32,000 nt of DNA from Patescibacteria group bacterium (GTDB lineage: Bacteria > Patescibacteriota > Minisyncoccia > UBA6257 > HR35): assembly GCA_030549845.1 (NCBI GenBank), contig JAUQQN010000005.1:1080-33079 (forward strand). Reading direction: 5' to 3'. The notes beneath the pieces are model-generated. The model made no database searches and had not been told where the DNA came from. It saw nothing but the letters and a program-made list of their open reading frames with translations. Position numbers and translations under genes: made by a program. Below, in pieces: positions 23,965 to 31,381 of the stretch (position 1 is the stretch's first letter; the number at the start of each line of letters is the position of its first letter).

Positions 23965-25922
23965 TATTTTATTTCGGTGGGGGTATTGGGTTCAATTGAT
24001 TTTAATAAACCCATAATACCCTCATTTAATATATTTTTTTCTTCTTCTTCTACTGAGGTTGGTTTGGGAAATTCTATATTTTCTATTTTTTCACCACCCT
24101 TCTTTCTTCTTTCTTCTTTCAAATTCTTAATTCCTCTCTTTTTTAAATAATTAAGATAATGAACGTAAATATGCGCATTTCTTGCTTCTGTTTCTGGTGA
24201 TTTATAATGTATTGATATGTGTTCTAAGTCGTCGTCTTCTTCCATAACATCAACATAGTTATTTTCTTTTAGTTCTTCATTTTCTAATTTTGCCTTCAAT
24301 TCGTGTGGTGTTGGGGGAAGTAAAATTTCAACTTGTTGCGGAGAGAGATCCATGTCGTATAGTAAAATTTTTAATGCCTCCTTTGGATTCCCGCCCAATT
24401 GTATTAAAAGTGGTAAAACCTCGGCCATCTCTCTTCTTCTAATTATTTTGTTTGGTTCTGTAAGAAGTGAAGAAACTATTTTAATGTCTGGATCAATTTC
24501 CGGGATAAAATCTGATTTTTTAACCTCACGAAAACTTTCTGCGCCGTAATAACCAACTACTTTTATAAGTTTTGTATCTCTTGGTTTTAAAAATCTTTTG
24601 TGTCTTTTGAGCCACCTATACCAAAAGTCTTTTTCACCATCTAAAATATTTCTCATAATACTTGAAATCTGTAAATCCTGCTTTGCTTTTGCTATGGCTA
24701 TTTCTGTTGCTGTTTTTTTGACTTGCGTTAGAGAGCCCCTTAAAATTCTTGATGCTCCAACGGCACCAACCGCTTCATTTTGAATAATATTCATAAATGA
24801 TATTGTATCATTAGAAACTACACCAGATTTCGGAAATGGAGTAATCTGACCTTGTGGGGGAACGTTAGTAAATATGTTTTTTCCTATTTCTCTTGTTAGC
24901 AAATCTTTTGGATTAACTAGGGCATTAACATTTACAAGAAACTGTGGAACGGCGTCCATTATTATTCCCTTTAATAGAAAGTTTTTAAGAATAACATCAA
25001 CCCTATGGTTGTCCTCAATAATATCTGGTAAACCTATGCCCCAACCAGAAATACTTGTTTTAATGAAATAATAAAATATAAATGGTATTTTGCTTTCATT
25101 GTTTCCTTTATCTCTATAATCTACCCTTCTAAATCCTAGTAAATTACTTATTCCGTTATCTGTCCAAACAACCCATAATTTGTTATTATTATAAAAATAC
25201 CACTCTAAAATCTCTTGGTAAGTACTATTCATTACTGGCTCAAAAGAATAATTGTCGCCAATTAGAATTTGTTTTGCTTCTTCTTCTTGCCTTCTTTCAT
25301 ATGTTAGTGATTGAGCTGATTTAAATAGAATACTTTTTACTTTTTTCTCGTCTAGATTTGGATTATTAAGAAGTTCTTCCGGTGTTTTATAAACGAACCT
25401 TCCAGCAAATCTCGCGTCCTCAATTGAGGTTGCTTTAGGATCCAAAAAGAATGTAAAAGGAGATTGAACCACCGGTAAGAGAATCTTTCGAGATGTATCA
25501 TATATAGAAACATCTAAAATTCCTGTTCCAAAAAAGATAATATCCCAGTTAAGCTCCCTTTGAATTTTTGCCATTCCCATTTCATCAAAATCAAAATCAG
25601 CAACAGCATTAGCAAATTTAACTTTTTCTATATCTTCTGGTTTTCTTTCTTTAAACTCTGTCCTTCTTATATCATTATCAATCGAAGAATAAAGCTCGTG
25701 AAATTGAGTGAAGGTAAGTTTTGAACCAATTTGAATATCTGAAATAGATTTTCTGAATTGATTTAGATATAATTTGAGTTCTTCTAACCAAACCCTTTTT
25801 CTATTTAACCAAGACTCGCGAGAATAATTAAATTGACTTCTAACAATTTGAAGTATTTCATCTTCCCTCCATTCGTTTAAATCCCTTGTTATAAGTTCAA
25901 TTAGTCTCTGTTGATTGATCAT
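23964..25922 (-). CDS. Portal protein
   Basis: The 652-aa protein lies between terL and scaffold/capsid and has an acidic C-terminal region. The call is mainly by size and synteny. Confidence 0.6.
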   Translation of the reverse strand: MINQQRLIELITRDLNEWREDEILQIVRSQFNYSRESWLNRKRVWLEELKLYLNQFRKSISDIQIGSKLTFTQFHELYSSIDNDIRRTEFKERKPEDIEKVKFANAVADFDFDEMGMAKIQRELNWDIIFFGTGILDVSIYDTSRKILLPVVQSPFTFFLDPKATSIEDARFAGRFVYKTPEELLNNPNLDEKKVKSILFKSAQSLTYERRQEEEAKQILIGDNYSFEPVMNSTYQEILEWYFYNNNKLWVVWTDNGISNLLGFRRVDYRDKGNNESKIPFIFYYFIKTSISGWGIGLPDIIEDNHRVDVILKNFLLKGIIMDAVPQFLVNVNALVNPKDLLTREIGKNIFTNVPPQGQITPFPKSGVVSNDTISFMNIIQNEAVGAVGASRILRGSLTQVKKTATEIAIAKAKQDLQISSIMRNILDGEKDFWYRWLKRHKRFLKPRDTKLIKVVGYYGAESFREVKKSDFIPEIDPDIKIVSSLLTEPNKIIRRREMAEVLPLLIQLGGNPKEALKILLYDMDLSPQQVEILLPPTPHELKAKLENEELKENNYVDVMEEDDDLEHISIHYKSPETEARNAHIYVHYLNYLKKRGIKNLKEERRKKGGEKIENIEFPKPTSVEEEEKNILNEGIMGLLKSIEPNTPTEIK

Positions 25923-26292
25923 TTTTTGTAGAATACGGATATGGTTCTATTTCCTTTAATTTTTCTTCAACTATTTTTATAAATTGTTCTCTTGTTATTG
26001 GTGGTGGTTTAAGCTCTTTTTCTTGTCTTGTGGTAAACCTAGGATAAGCTAGAGCAATCACACAAAATTCTTCTGGTAATTCTCTAATCATTATATCATC
26101 ATATAGATAATAATTTTCTTCTTTTGCTTTTTTAATTATTACACTTAAAAGCTCTTTTTTTAATCTTTCATCTATTCCTTCTTTTAAAAACCTTATAGAG
26201 CCAACTTTATATAACCAATCTGGATGCTTTTTGGCTATTTCATCTTTTTTAATCCTCGCATACAGAACCCTTACAAATTCTTTTTTAAACAT
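25897..26292 (-). CDS. Hypothetical protein (131 aa)
   Basis: The ORF abuts the terL stop and overlaps the portal start by 26 nt. Confidence 0.45.
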   Translation of the reverse strand: MFKKEFVRVLYARIKKDEIAKKHPDWLYKVGSIRFLKEGIDERLKKELLSVIIKKAKEENYYLYDDIMIRELPEEFCVIALAYPRFTTRQEKELKPPPITREQFIKIVEEKLKEIEPYPYSTKNDQSTETN

Positions 26293-27645
26293 TTAAATAT
26301 TATACCACTCTTTTTGAAAATTAAGAAGACTTTTTATTTTGTCTATATCAACAAAAAATGTTAGAGCAAGGGCATCGGCAACGTCTGGAGATGGAATACC
26401 CCTTTTCCTTAAAATGTCTTTTGGTATTATCATTATTTTTTTATCAGAATTTTTTTTATATTTAATGTTTAAAATTTGATTAAATGAATCATCTTTAATT
26501 AATTTTCCTCCCCCCAAAATCCAATTTCTTAACTTCCAGTATAGCTCCGCCCTAATATTTAAAAAATCTGGCTCAGATGATTTATTTCCCAAAACAATCG
26601 GAATTAAATTTAAAAAGCCGATTTCCCTTAATCTATCTACAACACCCCTTCCAACACCAATTGCATCTATACAAATTTTAATAATTGGATAAATTTTTGA
26701 TAAATTAAAAATTAAAGTAATAATTTGCATCGTATCTTCTAATTTTTGATTAAATACTACTTTTGCTAATAAATTATTTCTTAAAACTATTGCTGTTTTA
26801 TCTCCTCCGGCCCCAACATCAACACCAAGTATGTTTTCTGAGTTTTTAAAAATTTTTTCAAATTCCTCGCCAAATACAAATGCATTTTCTAGCTCTTTAG
26901 ATGTAATCAATGAAATAAAGCCCGACTCATCCATTTCACCCTCGAAAGCATACCAGTCACCATCCAAAAATGCCCCCCTTTCTTTTTCTGGTAAACTTTT
27001 AAGTTGCTCAAAATATTCATAATTCAAATATGGATTATCGTGTGGTAATGCCTTAATAAAAGCTATTTGATTCCTATATTTCTCAAACTCTGATGGAAGA
27101 TTTTTTTCAACAAAAAATTGCCTTACCCATAGCATATGTTCTCCAATTGGATTTGATGCGCAGATAAATTTTGTATCTTCAATACCAGGATATCTTAATC
27201 GAGTTAAAAGAATCTTAAAAGTTTCAAATGGTATTTGTGTTATTTCATCAATTGCCATTAAAGCAAATTCAGCAGAAAGATATTTTTCTGGTTCATCTAG
27301 GTTCCTAAAACTAATAATTGCTCCCCCATATTCTTCTTTTAAGTGAAATTCCTTTTTTTGCTCATAAAAGTCTCCTAACCATTCTGGAAATTCTTGTCTA
27401 ATATACTTTAAATGTCTGTCTTCTAATTCCTTATAAGTTTTACAAAATAAGCCAATATGAGTAGAAGCGCCATATTTTTTAGCATAATACAAAGCATAAT
27501 ATAAAGAAATCCATCTCAGTGCATAACTTTTTCCACTCCCAGCACTCCCCCCGTACAAAACAAATTTATTTTCTTTTGTAGCCCGTAAAAACTCAATCTG
27601 TTTTTCAAAAAAATTTGCTAACCGAAAAAAGTTTATTTTATTCAT
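26293..27645 (-). CDS. terL: Terminase large subunit
   Basis: It has Walker A (LYGGSAGSGKSY), Walker B-like (LMAIDEITQ) and C-terminal nuclease-domain acidic motifs (LGVDVGAGGDKTAIV, SPDVADALALT). The ATG at 27645 is preferred to the TTG at 27654. Confidence 0.85.
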   Translation of the reverse strand: MNKINFFRLANFFEKQIEFLRATKENKFVLYGGSAGSGKSYALRWISLYYALYYAKKYGASTHIGLFCKTYKELEDRHLKYIRQEFPEWLGDFYEQKKEFHLKEEYGGAIISFRNLDEPEKYLSAEFALMAIDEITQIPFETFKILLTRLRYPGIEDTKFICASNPIGEHMLWVRQFFVEKNLPSEFEKYRNQIAFIKALPHDNPYLNYEYFEQLKSLPEKERGAFLDGDWYAFEGEMDESGFISLITSKELENAFVFGEEFEKIFKNSENILGVDVGAGGDKTAIVLRNNLLAKVVFNQKLEDTMQIITLIFNLSKIYPIIKICIDAIGVGRGVVDRLREIGFLNLIPIVLGNKSSEPDFLNIRAELYWKLRNWILGGGKLIKDDSFNQILNIKYKKNSDKKIMIIPKDILRKRGIPSPDVADALALTFFVDIDKIKSLLNFQKEWYNI

Positions 27646-27875
27646 ATATACCAAATAAAAATTATATTAAATTTTTGCCCAAAATTGTCTTATAATTGAT
27701 GTTTTTTTTATTCCCTTGTACCACCCTACAAGAGATTAAATTAATCATAAATTATAACTCAAAATAAAAGAATTTTTCCAACTAGCTTAATCAAATTTCA
27801 CATATTTTTATTTTTAAAAACAAATCTAAACAGATTAGATTTTTAAAATCTAATTTTTATTTTTTTTTAAAAAAA

Positions 27876-28286
27876 TTAAATCTCAATTATTTTTTCCTCT
27901 TTATCTTTTTCCCCCTCTTCATTTTCTTTTTTAAATTTTTCTTTTGCTGGTTCGGTTAAATCTATAAGTAGCTGCTTTTGAATAACCTCCAGTTGTTCTG
28001 GTGCTTTCCCAAATAGTCTATCCATGAAATCCCGCCAAAATTGATAATCTCCTTTAAACATCCTTTTAAAACCCAATTTAATTATTTCAATTTTTGCTTT
28101 ATCCGGATTTTTGTTTAAATTCAAAGCTTCCGCTACTTCTTTCCAAGCTTCCCTAAAATAAGTTTCAAAATTTTTTCTTCCTTTTGGCCTACCGTGCGGA
28201 TTCCCCGAAACCCCGGGGGGAAATGGCCTCCCTCTTAAGATTTTTCCAGTTTTACTAATAATTTTGTTTTGATTTTGGCCCTCCAT
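27876..28286 (-). CDS. terS: Terminase small subunit candidate (DUF5681-like GNPxGRPKG motif)
   Basis: PPGVSGNPHGRPKGRKN is the signature seen in DUF5681 small-terminase-like proteins. It is the first gene of the late operon and lies upstream of terL. Confidence 0.55.
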   Translation of the reverse strand: MEGQNQNKIISKTGKILRGRPFPPGVSGNPHGRPKGRKNFETYFREAWKEVAEALNLNKNPDKAKIEIIKLGFKRMFKGDYQFWRDFMDRLFGKAPEQLEVIQKQLLIDLTEPAKEKFKKENEEGEKDKEEKIIEI

Positions 28287-28464
28287 TTAATTAATTTTTT
28301 TAATTTTCTCAGCCCCCCCTCCTGGGATTTTAATTCTTTAACTCCTTTTTCTGGTTAATTTTTTCCATTTTTACCCTTTTTTAATTTTACCATAATTTTT
28401 AATTTTTTTTAAGTCACCATAAAATTTAAATTTTTTATAAATCCTAGGAAAAATCCCCAAAAAT

Positions 28465-28630
28465 GTTTCCAATGAACTAGTGTAGGATTGAAAGACTTAT
28501 TTTTATTTTAATAATATAAAAAAATCTTTTGTTTCCAATGAACTAGTGTAGGATTGAAAGGAAATTAAAGCAAGTGTAGATAAAATTACACTAACACTAA
28601 GTTTCCAATGAACTAGTGTAGGATTGAAAG
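28465..28630 (+). CRISPR. Orphan mini-CRISPR array: 3 identical 30-nt repeats, 2 spacers (36 and 40 nt)
   Basis: The repeat GTTTCCAATGAACTAGTGTAGGATTGAAAG occurs at 28465-28494, 28531-28560 and 28601-28630. The spacers are 28495-28530 and 28561-28600. The 3' ATTGAAAG sets the orientation. No cas gene lies in the window. Confidence 0.7.
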
Positions 28631-28798
28631 ATGCTTGGAAGAGGTTAAAGATTTTATTTTCAAATGGTAAGGGGATTGATTTAACATTGAGCTAATCCTA
28701 AAACTAACATTATAGTAGAGCTTGCTTTTTTATCATGGAATTCTTTCTGTTTTTGCTCAAGATATTTTTACTTTAATTTTAATTTTCTAATCTTTAAG

Positions 28799-28845
28799 TT
28801 ATCCACAGTCCATGTGCTTGACAAAAAAAATTTGAGGAATATAAT
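28799..28845 (+). promoter_or_regulatory. Promoter P1: TTATCCACA box, 10 nt, TTGACA, 16 nt, TATAAT
   Basis: The box is at 28799-28807, the -35 at 28818-28823 and the -10 at 28840-28845. Both hexamers match the sigma-70 consensus. Confidence 0.65.
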
Positions 28846-28877
28846 TATTTAAAGTTAAAAAAATAAAAATTAAAAAA
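28799..28877 (+). repeat. Left arm of a 79-bp imperfect inverted repeat (partner 31099-31177)
   Basis: Hand alignment shows that the box, -35, -10 and a 32-nt post -10 block (TATTTAAAGTTAA[A/G]AAAATAAAAATTAAAAAA) are identical apart from one base. The spacers are partly diverged. Confidence 0.7.
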
Positions 28878-28920
28878 TTTGGCTGCCACATGGTATTTAA
28901 AGAATACCGAGGTGGCCAAA
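28878..28920 (+). promoter_or_regulatory. Long imperfect 5'-UTR stem-loop 4 nt upstream of the ATG at 28925
   Basis: The outer stem is TTTGGCTGCC / GGTGGCCAAA (two G-T pairs). The inner stem is GGTATT / AATACC with a 5-nt loop. Confidence 0.45.
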
Positions 28921-28924
28921 AAAT

Positions 28925-29320
28925 ATGAATGAAAAAGAAAGAAGAAAAATTAAAGTTGAAAAAATTAATTTTAGGGGCGAGGAAGTGTATACAATCAAAC
29001 TTAGAAGGTGGCTCTCTCACGGTAAGGAGTGGGCAGCCCTAATTGTAAACGGAGTAATAACTAGTGATGGTAAAAAAATAATAAATTTAGAATTTTGCCC
29101 GAAAATAATTTTTGAGTGGTCTCATTCAGGAAAAAACGGAACAACTATAGTGAAATTGTTAGGAGGAGGATTTTACAAAATCTCAAATCCTGATGGTGTT
29201 TACGGAAAAGACGCCATTGGCTATTATTTCTGGGATGGAAAAAGTGATGAAATGAAAGAAGTGGATGAAGACTTTGCAATTATTTACGCAGATACATGGT
29301 CTTATCACATCCAAAAATAA
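28925..29320 (+). CDS. Hypothetical protein (131 aa)
   Basis: The ORF is driven by P1. No family was recognised. Confidence 0.5.
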   Translation: MNEKERRKIKVEKINFRGEEVYTIKLRRWLSHGKEWAALIVNGVITSDGKKIINLEFCPKIIFEWSHSGKNGTTIVKLLGGGFYKISNPDGVYGKDAIGYYFWDGKSDEMKEVDEDFAIIYADTWSYHIQK

Positions 29321-29349
29321 CTAAGGTATAACTTAACTAAGGTATAACT
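29318..29349. repeat. Perfect 16-bp tandem direct repeat x2 (TAACTAAGGTATAACT) plus a partial third copy
   Basis: The copies are at 29318-29333 and 29334-29349, followed by CAGGTATC. The first copy contains the TAA stop of 28925..29320. Confidence 0.8.
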
Positions 29350-29412
29350 CAGGTATCTGCTTTATAACCGCTAACTGTTTTTGGCCTGTTTCTTTTATAT
29401 TTTCCAAAATTT

Positions 29413-29456
29413 TAAATTTTATTTTTTAAGATTCTAAATTTTATTTTTTAAGATTC
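29413..29456. repeat. Perfect 22-bp tandem direct repeat x2 (TAAATTTTATTTTTTAAGATTC)
   Basis: The copies are at 29413-29434 and 29435-29456. The second copy contains the stop and last codons of the minus-strand gene 29448..30578. Confidence 0.8.
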
Positions 29457-30578
29457 TGCTGTAAGATTTTTATATTCCTCTTCAGTAATTTTAAATTTCC
29501 AAGCAAATGCGGAATAGACACTATTTATATTTTTTGGAATAAATGAAATATATTCTTTCCCTGTGCTTATATCTTTATATTTTAAAAATTTAACAAAATC
29601 ATTTGTATTTTCATTTAAAACCATCCACAACTCCCCCCTCTCATTTTTATCTTTTAAAACAGCCAATTTTTCATACTCAAGTGCTTTTTCTAATCCGCCA
29701 ATAAATTTTGTAAATATAACTCTTTTTTCTACATTTCTTATTCCTAATAAATTATAAATACTAATATTTTTATTTAAAATAAGAGAAGACTCAAGCACCT
29801 CTTTGTCTGAGTTCTCATGTAATAATAAATATTTAAAATCTATTTTATTTTTTTCTAACAAATTTTTTAAAATGTTTAAATCATTAACATCTTGAAAGTT
29901 AAAATAAAAATAAAATGATTGCATAAAAAAATCTGAATTAGAATTAAATAAATTATATAAACTTTCTTTATTTATTAATAATTTCATAACCCCGCTTATG
30001 TGCATTTTTTTATTATTAATAATTTCTATTCCAAGCATGTCAACAACATCTACATTCTCAATAATTACTTCTTTTGTGCTTACTTTCTTTTTCTCTCTTA
30101 AAACCGGCAAAAATGATAAAACATTACCCCTTTTTATATTAATATTTTTAATTCTTTTATTTTTATTTTCAACAAAAAGCATTAAATTATCAAACCCCTC
30201 ACCCTCTATAACCTGAAAATTTGAGAAAACCTTAAAAGATTTTTTTATATTATTAAAAGAAAAATAAGTATATATTTTTTTATCGACCGTCAGCTGTGCA
30301 GTTTTTGAATAAACATCATTTAAATAAATTTTTAAATAGCTACTTAAAACAGGTAAATTATTATCTATTTTAATATCTAGCTCTCCTGTCTCTAGCCCCT
30401 GCACAACAACATTTTTAACATTTAAAAAATTACAATATAAAAACTCATTAACTTTTTCATTATAATTTTTCCCTGTTAAATAAACATCTTTTATATTTTC
30501 CTCATAAAATTCTAAAACTTTACTTTCTTTTTTACTTGTATAATTTTCATCTTTTATTAATATTTTTTTATCAAGCAT
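29448..30578 (-). CDS. Hypothetical protein (376 aa), N/K/I-rich
   Basis: This is a long ORF. The C-terminal GELWMVLNENTNDFVKFLKYKDISTGKEYISFIPKNINSVYSAFAWKF is reminiscent of a conserved domain I cannot name with confidence. Confidence 0.5.
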   Translation of the reverse strand: MLDKKILIKDENYTSKKESKVLEFYEENIKDVYLTGKNYNEKVNEFLYCNFLNVKNVVVQGLETGELDIKIDNNLPVLSSYLKIYLNDVYSKTAQLTVDKKIYTYFSFNNIKKSFKVFSNFQVIEGEGFDNLMLFVENKNKRIKNINIKRGNVLSFLPVLREKKKVSTKEVIIENVDVVDMLGIEIINNKKMHISGVMKLLINKESLYNLFNSNSDFFMQSFYFYFNFQDVNDLNILKNLLEKNKIDFKYLLLHENSDKEVLESSLILNKNISIYNLLGIRNVEKRVIFTKFIGGLEKALEYEKLAVLKDKNERGELWMVLNENTNDFVKFLKYKDISTGKEYISFIPKNINSVYSAFAWKFKITEEEYKNLTAES

Positions 30579-30586
30579 GTTTTTTT

Positions 30587-30621
30587 AATCCTTAAATCCT
30601 AATTTTTAGGATTTAAGGATT
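30587..30621 (-). promoter_or_regulatory. Perfect 16-bp stem-loop 8 nt upstream of the ATG at 30578
   Basis: AATCCTTAAATCCTAA TTT TTAGGATTTAAGGATT. On the minus strand it is followed by AAAAAAAC and then the ATG. It has no T-tract, so it is not a classical terminator for the upstream gene. Confidence 0.5.
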
Positions 30622-30635
30622 TAATTATTAATAAA

Positions 30636-31028
30636 TTAATCATTTATATTTTCCCAATCATCTGTCAAATAATTAAAATTTCTCTCACATAAAACAGCAT
30701 ATAAACCCTCCTCAACCTGTATATCTTTATGCTCTTCATGTTTTAAAATCCCCCTACAGTTTTCTAATTTTATAAAAATTATATTTTCATTTAATTTTAA
30801 ATCACTTCCCTCAAAAACATAAAAATTTTTATCACTTACTAAAATATGTTTATGCCCGCCCGCACCTTCCTTTATTACAAACTCATTTATCTTATTTACC
30901 ATTTTTTTAATAATAAATCTTTCCTCATTAAATCTTTCAAGTTTATCATTAGAAAATTCATTTTCAAAAATTTCATATAATAATACATCTCCATGCCTAT
31001 AAATTTTTCTTTTTTTTTCATTATTCAT
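30636..31028 (-). CDS. Hypothetical His-rich, possibly cupin-like protein (130 aa)
   Basis: The motifs are YRHGDVLL, GAGGHKHILV and KHEEHKDIQVEEGLYAV. The fold assignment is tentative. Confidence 0.3.
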   Translation of the reverse strand: MNNEKKRKIYRHGDVLLYEIFENEFSNDKLERFNEERFIIKKMVNKINEFVIKEGAGGHKHILVSDKNFYVFEGSDLKLNENIIFIKLENCRGILKHEEHKDIQVEEGLYAVLCERNFNYLTDDWENIND

Positions 31029-31035
31029 ATTTTTT

Positions 31036-31072
31036 TGGATTAATCAAAATGCTGAGCATTTTAATTAATCCA
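31036..31072 (-). promoter_or_regulatory. 17-bp 5'-UTR stem-loop 7 nt upstream of the ATG at 31028
   Basis: TGGATTAAT(T/C)AAAATGC arms surround a 3-nt loop. The single non-Watson-Crick position is a G-U pair only in the minus-sense RNA. Confidence 0.55.
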
Positions 31073-31098
31073 TTTTTTAATTATTTTCTTATTTTAAT

Positions 31099-31177
31099 TT
31101 TTTTAATTTTTATTTTCTTAACTTTAAATAATTATATTCTTAAAATTTTGCTTGTCAAGTACGGAGATTGTGGATAA
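31099..31177 (-). repeat. Right arm of the 79-bp inverted repeat (partner 28799-28877)
   Basis: The reverse complement aligns with 28799-28877, as described for the left arm. Confidence 0.7.
31131..31177 (-). promoter_or_regulatory. Promoter P2: TTATCCACA box, 10 nt, TTGACA, 16 nt, TATAAT (minus strand)
   Basis: The box is the complement of 31169-31177, the -35 the complement of 31153-31158 and the -10 the complement of 31131-31136. Confidence 0.65.
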
Positions 31178-31278
31178 CTTAAAAAGTTATTTTATATTTT
31201 TTTACCCCCTCTATTCACCCCCCACCAGTTTATAAATTTTTTTATTGCTTATAAGATATAAGATGGATACCGAATAAG

Positions 31279-31325
31279 TTATGCACAATTCAAAAACTTG
31301 ACAAATAAAAAATTGGAAATATAAT
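31279..31325 (+). promoter_or_regulatory. Promoter P3: TTATGCACA box, 10 nt, TTGACA, 16 nt, TATAAT
   Basis: The box (one mismatch) is at 31279-31287, the -35 at 31298-31303 and the -10 at 31320-31325. It is divergent from P2. Confidence 0.6.
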
Positions 31326-31340
31326 TTTTAAAATTAAAAA

Positions 31341-31379
31341 TTGTTGTTAGTTTGTTCGAGAAGAATAAACTAACAGCAA
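31341..31379 (+). promoter_or_regulatory. 13-bp (plus inner 3-bp) 5'-UTR stem-loop 2 nt upstream of the ATG at 31382
   Basis: TTGTTGTTAGTTT pairs with AAACTAACAGCAA (one G-T pair). An inner TTC/GAA stem is also present. Confidence 0.5.
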
Positions 31380-31381
31380 AA

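Noticed and set aside
27715-27732. Small hairpin CTTGTA CCACCC TACAAG in the terS-terL gap
   Set aside because: It has only 6 bp and no flanking T-tract on the transcribed (minus) strand. It is not distinguishable from chance.
28465-28630. Alternative reading of the three 30-bp repeats as iterons or a pac site near terS
   Set aside because: This reading is kept only as a caveat. The unequal 66/70-bp periods, unique spacers of CRISPR-typical length and the GTTTC...ATTGAAAG ends fit a CRISPR array better. It cannot be excluded without data.
28653-28696. Possible degenerate fourth CRISPR repeat after 28630
   Set aside because: Only the GGATTGA core (28673-28679) matches. That alignment implies a 22-nt spacer, and alignment at the expected 36-nt spacing gives about 7 of 30 matches. 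I count the array as three repeats.
28799-29020. 73-aa minus-strand ORF
   Set aside because: It spans promoter P1 and its 5'-UTR hairpin and is antisense to the 28925 gene. The product is Phe/Asn/Ile-rich low complexity.
31201-31229. C-runs (CCCCCTC..CACCCCCCACC) between P2 and P3 as a possible duplicate of the tRNA-like 3' end at 1-16 (att repeat)
   Set aside because: The two sequences do not align base for base, so there is no evidence for an att duplication within the window.
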